Positions 1-8,261 of a DNA stretch of 64,000 bases are shown one piece after another. The translations under genes were made by a program, and so were the position numbers. A model generated the notes under the pieces. That model searched no databases. It had not been told where the DNA came from and worked only from the letters and a program-made list of their open reading frames with translations. This DNA comes from a virus, in the IMG/VR virus record IMGVR_UViG_3300045592_000030. The stretch is one strand, 5' to 3'. Numbering within the stretch: the first letter of the stretch is position 1; every line of letters begins with the position of its first letter.

Positions 1-1907
1 TCGTTGTGATAGTTCACATCGTTAAACTCCACGGGGGTAAAGCCTATCTTGCGCTCCTCGATAAAATCGTTGTTCAGTTCCGAGCAATCGCCTAATTCTA
101 CACCATGAAACTGCCCCACCTCAAACAATCGCGGCTGCAACTCACTGGCTTGCGTCGCGTCCTTATCCACCTTGATACGATAAACATTGCCAGTGCGCCG
201 GTCAATGTAACAATTGTGGTCGCCCGCACTAAGATTGCGGAAGAAATCAGTGTAGGTCTTATCCGTTACGGTATGATCCTGCGGATAATCGATATAATCG
301 TAGGTCGTATCGTAGTCGGGCTTACCATCCGTTATGTTCTTTTGCTGTTCACGGTCGCTGCTCTCCTTAGAATAAATCATACGGAAGCCCGTAATCTTCT
401 CGCTGATTTTATTCATCGAGATAATCTGTCCGACAAAATCAATCGGTGTTTCCTGTGAACGGAATATGTTGCGCACAAGATAAGCCGTTACCCGTTTCTT
501 CTCATAATCATAGCTGAAACGGATGCCAAAAGCGGCCTCCAATGCGTCGAGCACTTCCTGTACCGACGTATCAGGCAGACAATAGCTGTTGGCATACATA
601 CCCATTACATTGGCCGTAATGGTACTCGACTTAATCTTTGCGGTGATTTTAATCTCCTTTACCTTGTCAACGCCCACCTGAATATGCGATGTTTTCCACG
701 TCTTAGACGAAGTATCATACTGATACCAGTCGCACGAATCGACGCTTTTATTTTCGGTGTCCTCCAAGTAGAGCTTACCGCCACATCCTCGGCTGTCGAG
801 CCATGCCTGTATCTCATCGATATTCGAGAAATACGGCTGATAAGAAGAAATCTGCTTTCCTGTCTCGCCATCAGTGTAAACGGTCGCACCCTGACTGTCG
901 AGCGACACACTCGTACCATGAATGACCCGCTCATCATACTTACAGCGCGTCGTGAAGAAACAAAGGCGCGAGAAATCGCCAACGGCCAACAATGCCGACT
1001 TATCAAACGTTACACCTAAATATTCAAAGAGCTTATCAAGGAAGTGCAAGACATAGAAACACACGCCCGACTGCTGGCGGTCGGCATCGAGTACCCAATA
1101 CGGCGATTTGTCCTCCCACTGGTTTTTGCTGTCCTTTGCCGGAACAATATCAGAGGAAGTCTTACCATCGTCGTTTAAAGCATGATGACGATAACAGACA
1201 CGTGCATTGACATACTTTGCACCGTCGGAATAGGTCTTATCCGTATTGATGTAACTTGTATCGACTTTTGGAATGATGACTGAATGGCCGTTAGGATAAT
1301 CCCGCTGCGATGCTTTCACGGCTACCTGCTTGCCCGACACGACACATTTACCAGAAAAAGAAAAGCCTAAAGCCTGCGGATTACATGAAGCCGTGGTCTT
1401 GCGGTTGGTAGCCCAATAATCGGCATCTTTCTTTTTGCCCTTGTACTTCACATACACATGATAGTCGTAAGTGATTTCGGCCTTCACGTCGCCTATCTTC
1501 TCACCAATGAGAATATCATCTCCCATCGGCACATCTCGGCATTTCAACTGTCCGATAAGGTCAGAGAAACTATGCTCGTTGGCATCGATATTCATACTGA
1601 GCTTATCATCCACTTCCTCGTCGTCCTGCATCACAAGCGTACCACTGCGAAACGGCATACCGTCCACAAGAATACGCGCCGGAAGATGCTCTAATGATAC
1701 CGGCCGCAAATCGCTGTAAGCATCCTCAATATTCTTCACCACGGCACGGTTGCCGTCGAGCGGCATCTCCACGGGATAAGTGAACATCTCACTCTCATGG
1801 AACAGCTGGTTCTGATCTTCTATAGAGATAGAGGCATCCTCCTTGAGCGTCAGGTCGTGCAACGCCCCGTCCTTGGTCTGTACCTGTATGTTAAGATGAC
1901 TGTGCAT
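1..1907 (-). CDS. Large virion (tail/baseplate-type) structural protein; N-terminus complete, C-terminus beyond left edge
   Basis: Absent from the ORF track because there is no stop in the window. I checked every in-frame minus-strand codon from ATG 1907-1905 (MHSHLNIQVQTKDGALHDL...) to position 3 and found no stop (~635 codons). Upstream in-frame stop at 1923-1925. Distal gene of the leftward virion operon. Confidence 0.7.
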   Translation of the reverse strand, partial: MHSHLNIQVQTKDGALHDLTLKEDASISIEDQNQLFHESEMFTYPVEMPLDGNRAVVKNIEDAYSDLRPVSLEHLPARILVDGMPFRSGTLVMQDDEEVDDKLSMNIDANEHSFSDLIGQLKCRDVPMGDDILIGEKIGDVKAEITYDYHVYVKYKGKKKDADYWATNRKTTASCNPQALGFSFSGKCVVSGKQVAVKASQRDYPNGHSVIIPKVDTSYINTDKTYSDGAKYVNARVCYRHHALNDDGKTSSDIVPAKDSKNQWEDKSPYWVLDADRQQSGVCFYVLHFLDKLFEYLGVTFDKSALLAVGDFSRLCFFTTRCKYDERVIHGTSVSLDSQGATVYTDGETGKQISSYQPYFSNIDEIQAWLDSRGCGGKLYLEDTENKSVDSCDWYQYDTSSKTWKTSHIQVGVDKVKEIKITAKIKSSTITANVMGMYANSYCLPDTSVQEVLDALEAAFGIRFSYDYEKKRVTAYLVRNIFRSQETPIDFVGQIISMNKISEKITGFRMIYSKESSDREQQKNITDGKPDYDTTYDYIDYPQDHTVTDKTYTDFFRNLSAGDHNCYIDRRTGNVYRIKVDKDATQASELQPRLFEVGQFHGVELGDCSELNNDFIEERKIGFTPVEFNDVNYHN

Positions 1908-1912
1908 AAATA

Positions 1913-2575
1913 CTATTTTTCCTTATTGTATTTTTCGTAATAGGATGATGACGGTGCCAGCAAACGGCTCTCATCATCGAGTTCTACATGATAGGACGTA
2001 GTGCCGAACACCATGCTATGATAGGCACGGATAGACTCGTGGCCAAAGTCGAAACAAATGCCATCTCGAATGATGACCGATGCATTGTTGTGAGTCTCAA
2101 AAGCATTCCACGACTCCGCCCTGCTGTAATCATAACCCTTGCCATAGCCCTTTTTGAGCAATCCGTAGCTACTGCCGTATAAGTGGACATGCGAGAAGTC
2201 AGCCCGACAATGTATCTCTGCCTTATCGTAGGCATCGACATCCGACGGAGCAAGAATAAAAACCTTTGGCTTACCATGAAGAACAAGCGTTTGTCCCGGA
2301 TTATCGACGAATACGAAACCATGCTCAGAAGGCTCGTTGTAGAATACGTCGGCAGCATGGAAATCAGCCTCGTGCCCATTGAACCACTGCCCGAAATAAC
2401 GGCAAAAGAGATGATAGAAACCACCGTCGTACACCCAATCCCAATTGTTGTACATCACGCGCAACATCTGGGTATAGCTCTCCGAGGCCATCATCTGCCG
2501 GTAGCCATCAACACACGCATGGTTCTCGTGTGCTGCCTTGCGTATCTGTTTTTTGAAAGTATCAAAGTCTATCAT
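1913..2575 (-). CDS. Hypothetical protein, virion module
   Basis: 220-aa ORF packed 5 nt from the next gene in the same operon. No motif recognised. Confidence 0.6.
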   Translation of the reverse strand: MIDFDTFKKQIRKAAHENHACVDGYRQMMASESYTQMLRVMYNNWDWVYDGGFYHLFCRYFGQWFNGHEADFHAADVFYNEPSEHGFVFVDNPGQTLVLHGKPKVFILAPSDVDAYDKAEIHCRADFSHVHLYGSSYGLLKKGYGKGYDYSRAESWNAFETHNNASVIIRDGICFDFGHESIRAYHSMVFGTTSYHVELDDESRLLAPSSSYYEKYNKEK

Positions 2576-2577
2576 TG

Positions 2578-3591
2578 TTACTTGCTCCTTATCTTTTCCA
2601 TTTCCTCATTCTGCTGTGCCATATACTCCATGTGCTGCAAGACAATGTGGAAGTTCTGCTGATTGACCGACTGCTCGTCGAGTCCCAAATATTTCTCCAT
2701 CGTGGCCACGGTGCGCGTATAGAGTTCAAGCGGGGTGGAGCGGTGCCCGTCGTCGGTACTCTGCCGTTTGAAGCACCTCGGATAACGCTGCCCAAGATAG
2801 TGCATCATGCCCGACCACCAAAGCAAGACAACCTGCCACCGCACGGGGCTGAAATGGGAGAAGTCTTTCCAGTTCGTTATCGGTTGGTCGGGACGGAAAG
2901 CGAAATCGTGCTCCTTGATACCGCTCTGCTCGTTGACATAGCGCACACGACGGTTATAGATAGTGGCTAAAAACTGTGCCATTGCCTTTCTTACGAGCTT
3001 CTCCTGCGCTGCAATTGCTTTCACGTCATAGGTGCGACGATGCTTCATCATACGCACCAGCTCATTGCTGCAATGCACATACCACTCCATGAAGTCCTGT
3101 GCAAAACGATACCGCTGCCATGTGAAATCCTGCATCAGTGTGGCGGGTCCATCGTAGATATGGCGGTGGGGAAATGGATATAACGTCCACTTCTTGTAAG
3201 TTGGATAGACAAAATTTGTCAATCCATTGCCTTTCTCATCATCTATCCATTTAAGATTATCCTCGACGAATGAATGTAATTGCCACAAGTATAAAGAAAA
3301 TGTTTGTTCGTCGCCGTGTATCTTACAGACATAATATTTATGTAATAAGGCATCATCGGACGTATCATCCGCTTTTTCGTCTTGCTTAGTGGATAAAACA
3401 TCTATATTGGCCAATGCAAGAAAGATATTACATTTAGTCTCGAACATGGTAGACACATTCGCGGTCGCAAAGATCAACGACTGCCCGACAAAAACGGCAG
3501 CAATCGTTTCCAGTTGTTCACGGCTGCAAAAGTTCCATGCCCGTGGTATCTGAATATCTATCTTTCTCGGCGGTGTAAACATAACGTCCAA
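2578..3591 (-). CDS. Hypothetical protein, virion module
   Basis: 337-aa ORF, 2-nt gap to the downstream gene. No motif recognised. Confidence 0.6.
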   Translation of the reverse strand: MDVMFTPPRKIDIQIPRAWNFCSREQLETIAAVFVGQSLIFATANVSTMFETKCNIFLALANIDVLSTKQDEKADDTSDDALLHKYYVCKIHGDEQTFSLYLWQLHSFVEDNLKWIDDEKGNGLTNFVYPTYKKWTLYPFPHRHIYDGPATLMQDFTWQRYRFAQDFMEWYVHCSNELVRMMKHRRTYDVKAIAAQEKLVRKAMAQFLATIYNRRVRYVNEQSGIKEHDFAFRPDQPITNWKDFSHFSPVRWQVVLLWWSGMMHYLGQRYPRCFKRQSTDDGHRSTPLELYTRTVATMEKYLGLDEQSVNQQNFHIVLQHMEYMAQQNEEMEKIRSK

Positions 3592-3598
3592 CTAATTG

Positions 3599-4639
3599 TT
3601 AATTCATGCCCGGTAAAACGAACATAACATTTCCCGGATCGTTGTTTCTGAACTCTGGCTGCGCGTCGCAATCGCACGTATCGGATTTCTCGTACCAAGG
3701 TGCGAGCTTGACCGATGCAGATATAACGTCCATCTTTTCGAGTTCGTCCTGATGGATGCGGCAATACTCCACGGCGGCATTGATGTGCCGCTCGCCCTCG
3801 GTATGGGCAATGATTTTTCTGTCCTTGCTGACAGTGATAATACTCGTGCGTTCCTCAAGGTATGCGGCAAGACAGCGACTCAAACGGCTTATCAGCGTGC
3901 ATAACGTCTTATCGTCGGTACCCTTCACGGCTATGCGGCAAAGATCGTTGCAGAAGTCCTCTCCTATCAGGGGAGCTATCTGCTCGTCCTGTATATACCG
4001 TATGTCGGGAAGCATGGAAATGAACTTTTCACGGTTGCCGTAGATGTCAAGATACTGCTGCAATACGGTTGCCGACGGTATCAGCACGTCGGCTGCAAGA
4101 AAGTAGTAACGGCTCTCCTGCCATGCCTCGCAAATGTCGGATGCTTCCTTCTGTGCGTCGGTCATTGCCGTGGGGTCTGTAATAGCAGCATGATCGCGGC
4201 AAAGTTCCTCGAGGTATTCAAGTATCTGGTTGATGCAGATGCGTGTCTCCTTTAAGCACGTATTCTTGAAAAGGTCGAGCATGTCTTTTGTTGGCGTGCC
4301 GTAGTCGTCGGCTGTTGCCACGTTCACTCCCATGTTGCTCAGACTGACTGCCTGAACGCCGATGGCCCGCGACATGGCATCGAAGGCCACGGTGCGCTGG
4401 CAAAGGGCAATGAGATGTGTCATCGGATTCTGCTCGTTGTTGTTGGCCATGTCGGAAAGATAGGTTTTCACATCGAGCGACTTGTAGGCTTTCACGAGCT
4501 GCGTGTAAAGCTTACGTCCTAACTTATCAACCAAAAGTTCATGCTCACTGTTGTTGATGAACCCGGCCAACGGTCTTACGTCGTCAAGGGCATGTGCCGG
4601 AAAAGCCAGTTTTAATTCGTCTATCGTTGTTATGATCAT
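3599..4639 (-). CDS. Hypothetical protein, virion module (follows portal candidate)
   Basis: 346-aa ORF directly downstream of the portal candidate. Positional call only. Confidence 0.6.
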   Translation of the reverse strand: MIITTIDELKLAFPAHALDDVRPLAGFINNSEHELLVDKLGRKLYTQLVKAYKSLDVKTYLSDMANNNEQNPMTHLIALCQRTVAFDAMSRAIGVQAVSLSNMGVNVATADDYGTPTKDMLDLFKNTCLKETRICINQILEYLEELCRDHAAITDPTAMTDAQKEASDICEAWQESRYYFLAADVLIPSATVLQQYLDIYGNREKFISMLPDIRYIQDEQIAPLIGEDFCNDLCRIAVKGTDDKTLCTLISRLSRCLAAYLEERTSIITVSKDRKIIAHTEGERHINAAVEYCRIHQDELEKMDVISASVKLAPWYEKSDTCDCDAQPEFRNNDPGNVMFVLPGMN

Positions 4640-4657
4640 CGTCGTAGGTGTTAATGG

Positions 4658-6493
4658 TTATTCCTGTGTAGCATCGGCAATGCCGGTCTTGCTGTTGTCA
4701 AGTGTGGTGATAGCCTCTCGCTTGATGACCCAACGGAGGTGCGGGTCCCAGTCGTTGAACTGCGAGGCCACCTGCCAGGGTCTTAGCACCAGCTGCTGGG
4801 TAGGCATCATCTGTAACTGCTTCATCAGATAGCGCGTGCGCATGTCGGTGCCACTGTTCTTTCCCGCCGCGCCGGGGGTGTTGCCGATAAGGGTAGAGTC
4901 CAGTCCCATAGCAAAGAAGATGATGCTTGATATTTCCAACAGTTCGGTCTGCTGTGCATCGGCATTGTTCTTACTGCTGCTTTCTATCTCCACTACCTTG
5001 AAGCTGTCGTGGTCTTTGCCGTCGCTGCCCGAGAAGGTGAAGGCGATAAGGCTCTGTCCGGCATTGGTGCGATGGTTGAGCCAGTTATTGATTTGCGTGA
5101 AAAGCTCATCACGGAGCTGTGGTTTTGTCTTGATGGCTACTTCCTTGCCCTTTGCACGTTTCTGCTGTGCGTAGAGCGTCTGCTCGTTATAAAGCGAGTT
5201 GAGATAATCGTTGTGAATGTAAATCACGCGGCCAATGACATTAGCATTGCGCTTGCGCGTGTATCGGTCAGAGATGATCGTGGCGGCATATTCATAGACA
5301 TCACCCGTGAAGATGCTGTGCCACGGCTGCACGGGATAGTAAGGCCGTCCGCTGGTAGGGTAGGAGCAAGGGAGGATGAAGTGTGTGCGTCGCTGCTCCG
5401 GGCTCTTATCCCTGTCCTCGCGCACATAGCGTTTCATGTCGGCCAGTGGTGTTTGCCAGGTCAGTGCGGGCAAAGCGACGATTTCCTCGTCCTTGATGTT
5501 TTTCAATGTCGTGGGGTCATCATAGAAGCGGTTGGAGAGATACACGTAGTTGATACGTCCGTCGTCGTCCATGCGCTCCAGTCGGCAGAGATGTGCCGGA
5601 CGGTAGCGTATGGCCTGTACCTTCGGCTTCCATACGGGTTCGAGTTTGTGGGTACTATCGTTATAGCTCTGCTGATTGATGTCGAGTTCGGGGAAACATA
5701 TACCGAGCAAGTCAATATCACTGCCCAGTTGCAAGGCGGTCAGTCCGTTGCAGGTGTTGTCGCAAAGCTGCTGTATCTCCGGCGCGTCGAGCTGCCAGCG
5801 TTCCAAATCATTATTATACTGATCTATCTGATTGTCGATGCTGGCAATAAGCGTATCGGTGCTGTTGCCGTTCTGCTCTTCTCTGTTGTCGCCATCGATA
5901 GGAAACATCGCGGCAGAATCGGGATCGTCGGCAACGCCCTGCATTTGCAACTGTACCTTCTCGCGCTGTAAGTCACGGATAAAGCCCTTGAGCAAGACGT
6001 TGGCAAAGGCGTATGGCACATCACCCTCTATCATCGTACCTCCGTTCTGATAGCGCACATAGTGGTACATGGGCTGCGGGCCTTGTCCGGCGAGCAAGTC
6101 GGTATTGAACTTATGTCCTGCCGCGGTATAGGGAAGCATCGACGTGAGCAAGGCCACCACGTTAGGGATTTTGTTCTGTGCACCCCACGTGATATAGCCT
6201 CTGTCCTTTGTCCCCGCGTTGGCCACCAACTGCTCCGAGCCGCTGGTCTGCATCAGCAAGGGGAGCATACGGCGTTGGCCGGTGCCATCGTCCTGTCCGT
6301 TGCTACAACCGAGTTGTGCGTTGATATACTGTCCGTAGTCGCCACCCGGCATATTATTGTCGTCGTGAGTGTAGTGGTTAGGTGCCACGGCATAACCGGC
6401 TTCCAACAGATGCTGCTGCACACGGGCAAACTGACTGGTGCCCTTGGCGGTGATCACGCGCCGGTCGGCTAATGTATTCTTTGTGCGTACCAT
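4658..6493 (-). CDS. Portal protein candidate
   Basis: 611 aa. Size and placement in the packaging/head region with its own late promoter fit a portal. No signature verified by eye. Confidence 0.5.
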   Translation of the reverse strand: MVRTKNTLADRRVITAKGTSQFARVQQHLLEAGYAVAPNHYTHDDNNMPGGDYGQYINAQLGCSNGQDDGTGQRRMLPLLMQTSGSEQLVANAGTKDRGYITWGAQNKIPNVVALLTSMLPYTAAGHKFNTDLLAGQGPQPMYHYVRYQNGGTMIEGDVPYAFANVLLKGFIRDLQREKVQLQMQGVADDPDSAAMFPIDGDNREEQNGNSTDTLIASIDNQIDQYNNDLERWQLDAPEIQQLCDNTCNGLTALQLGSDIDLLGICFPELDINQQSYNDSTHKLEPVWKPKVQAIRYRPAHLCRLERMDDDGRINYVYLSNRFYDDPTTLKNIKDEEIVALPALTWQTPLADMKRYVREDRDKSPEQRRTHFILPCSYPTSGRPYYPVQPWHSIFTGDVYEYAATIISDRYTRKRNANVIGRVIYIHNDYLNSLYNEQTLYAQQKRAKGKEVAIKTKPQLRDELFTQINNWLNHRTNAGQSLIAFTFSGSDGKDHDSFKVVEIESSSKNNADAQQTELLEISSIIFFAMGLDSTLIGNTPGAAGKNSGTDMRTRYLMKQLQMMPTQQLVLRPWQVASQFNDWDPHLRWVIKREAITTLDNSKTGIADATQE

Positions 6494-6515
6494 ATCTTTC
6501 TCGTTATTTCTAAGG

Positions 6516-6549
6516 TAAAGATAGTGTTTCGGGATAGGATATTAGGGAC
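6516..6549 (-). promoter_or_regulatory. Late-type promoter TGTCCCTAA-N18-TATCTTTA
   Basis: Minus strand reads GTCCCTAA + 18 nt + TATCTTTA, 22 nt before portal ATG 6493. One of five copies with identical geometry. Confidence 0.6.
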
Positions 6550-6589
6550 ACGAAAAAGCTCATCAGTGCTTTACTTCATACGCACAACC

Positions 6590-6633
6590 GCAATACTCCT
6601 TACTTTCAACTGCAATACTCCTTACTTTCAACT
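6590..6633. repeat. Perfect 22-bp tandem duplication GCAATACTCCTTACTTTCAACT x2
   Basis: Read directly: 6590-6611 equals 6612-6633. Intergenic, just upstream of the portal promoter. Confidence 0.85.
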
Positions 6634-6640
6634 GCTAAAG

Positions 6641-6695
6641 AGAAAGCTCACAACCGCTAAACTTTGTGTATTGCGGTGGTGAGCTTTCTGTTTTT
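6641..6695. terminator. 17-bp-stem hairpin, terminator-like, after the methyltransferase gene
   Basis: AGAAAGCTCACAACCGC (6641-6657) pairs with GCGGTGGTGAGCTTTCT (6673-6689), with one G-T/A-C mismatch. T-run on the + side and CTTTAG on the minus side, so orientation is ambiguous. Confidence 0.5.
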
Positions 6696-6763
6696 CTAAG
6701 AAATTGAAGTTGTTTTTCTAAGAAAAGTTCATCGTTTTTCTTAGAAAAGTAAGTTTCTAAGAA
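6694..6763. repeat. Four phased TTCTAAGAA / TTCTTAGAA palindromic boxes
   Basis: Boxes at 6694, 6716, 6738 and 6755, giving spacings of 22, 22 and 17 bp. Intergenic between the MTase stop and the portal promoter. Confidence 0.75.
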
Positions 6764-7116
6764 ATGGCGAGCGATAATGATTAAACTACAAAGCTAATAG
6801 TGGATTGATATAGCGGTCAGCGAAACGGGATTGAACAAAGATTTTCTCCACACGCTTCACGGGTCTGTCGCTGTTCATAATGTTGCTGATGCCCGTGGCC
6901 GCAATGGGTGTAAAGCCTTCGGGCATGGCATACTCACTTACAAAGACGGGCTGTGGTTTGTCCAGACACCAGCCATAGAAAGCGTCGAAATCAAACGAGG
7001 AAAGATATTTCTTCGTATTCTGATAAGGTGGATCGCAATAGATAACACTATGCGGTGGAACAGCTACATTTCTGTAGTCAGCTTGCGAGACGTGCAAAGA
7101 GACGGAATGGCTGATA

Positions 7117-7123
7117 CCCCCCC
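7117..7123 (-). repeat. Homopolymer G7 (C7 on +) at the MTase frame break
   Basis: Read directly: ctgataCCCCCCCaag. Confidence 0.9.
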
Positions 7124-7125
7124 AA

Positions 7126-7260
7126 GTCTTTCTAAGCTCTGCAACCTTTCAAGGCTTTCTAAGCTCTCCAACCTTTCGAGTCTTTCTAAGCTCTGCAATC
7201 TTTCAAGGCTTTCTAAGCTCTGCAACCTTTCAAGGCTTTCTAAGCTCTGCAAACTTTGTA
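7126..7260 (-). repeat. Five 27-bp tandem units (three 9-bp subunits each) inside the MTase ORF
   Basis: Units start at 7126, 7153, 7180, 7207 and 7234. They are in frame and encode LERLQSLES-type triplets with Leu every third residue. Confidence 0.85.
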
Positions 7261-7932
7261 AAGACTCCAACCGCTGTAAGCGTTCCAGCCGCTCGATATT
7301 CGGGTTGCATTCAAATTCGCGGATGTCGCTTGTAGATTTCTTTTTATCTTTCTTGAAATGACAGGAAGCGTAGAGCGGATTGGTCTGCAACACGCGCTCA
7401 TCGCCATTGCGCTGCAAAGCTTCTACAACGGAGCCTTGAAAACGTATGCGACGGACATGGATATGGTTGTTGGTATCAGGATGACCGCAAAGCGATACTT
7501 TATCCTTAACATAGTCGCATATTTCCGGACAGAGCTGCTCCATCATCTGCCATCGGTCAAAGACGACGGCCTCGTGGCACGCACGCTTGTATGGTTCAAG
7601 CTGTTGGGAATACATATAACTGCGTTGGTCGTTACCAAAAGAAAAGCACAGCCGGGCATACGAATCATGGTCTTTCAGCGAGAAAAAATCCTTGCACGAA
7701 ATCCACCTGCGCTCATTGTGAAACTTACCCCGAATGGCATCTGGGAACACCAGTGCGGAGTCGGTGATGTCGTTGGCGATGACCTGCTTGTATCTGCCCG
7801 ATACCATCGCGGCATGGCTCGCGGCACAGCCACCGGCAAACAAATCAACAAAGGTATCTGCACCCGGCAATGAACTCATCAGCCAACCAATGACACGGTT
7901 CTTACTGCCCTGATAAGGTAATCCGTAATTTT

Positions 7933-8250
7933 TCATGCTGAATAAAATCTTGTGCCATCAACCTCTATCACCAGATAGTCGTTGATGCGTCGTATCTCGC
8001 CACTATTGACAAACTTAATCATGTGCTGGCGCACACGGGGAAAGGCTTTCAGACAGATGCAATAACCTTCCTCCAAAACGCCCTGCTGAGTAACATACTT
8101 GATATGGAACGGCACCTGCTGCTTGTGTCGTGCATCGGCAGGAGCGTTGTAACCTACGGTGTGATGACCCGTCAGCGGATCATCCCATTCCCATTTCTCG
8201 ATATAGTTGCGTAGATACTCGAAACTGACTGTTGGATTATTCTTTGGCAT
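7933..8250 (-). CDS. Hypothetical protein
   Basis: 105-aa ORF between terL and the MTase. Its stop overlaps the MTase start by 4 nt. Confidence 0.55.
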   Translation of the reverse strand: MPKNNPTVSFEYLRNYIEKWEWDDPLTGHHTVGYNAPADARHKQQVPFHIKYVTQQGVLEEGYCICLKAFPRVRQHMIKFVNSGEIRRINDYLVIEVDGTRFYSA

Positions 8251-8261
8251 AATGATAATGA

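Larger units (their letters stand above)
6786..7936 (-). pseudogene. Dam-like (D12-class) N6-adenine DNA methyltransferase, split by a frameshift at a G7 tract (possible phase-variable gene)
   Basis: ORF 7936..7064 has YQGSKNR and DLFAGGCA (motif I). ORF 7097..6786 has CDPPYQ (motif IV). The downstream frame is open back to the G tract, and one extra G fuses the two ORFs. Confidence 0.7.

Noticed and set aside
105-1210. Track ORFs 105..458, 684..1019 and 992..1210 (+) and 659..1006 (-).
   Set aside because: All lie inside the 1..1907 minus-strand frame, which I verified to be open codon by codon. They are shadow ORFs.
7126-7290. The 27-bp repeat array could be a non-coding regulatory or CRISPR-like repeat.
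   Set aside because: It lies in frame inside the methyltransferase ORF and translates into a regular Leu-x-x pattern, so it was treated as a coding tandem repeat.
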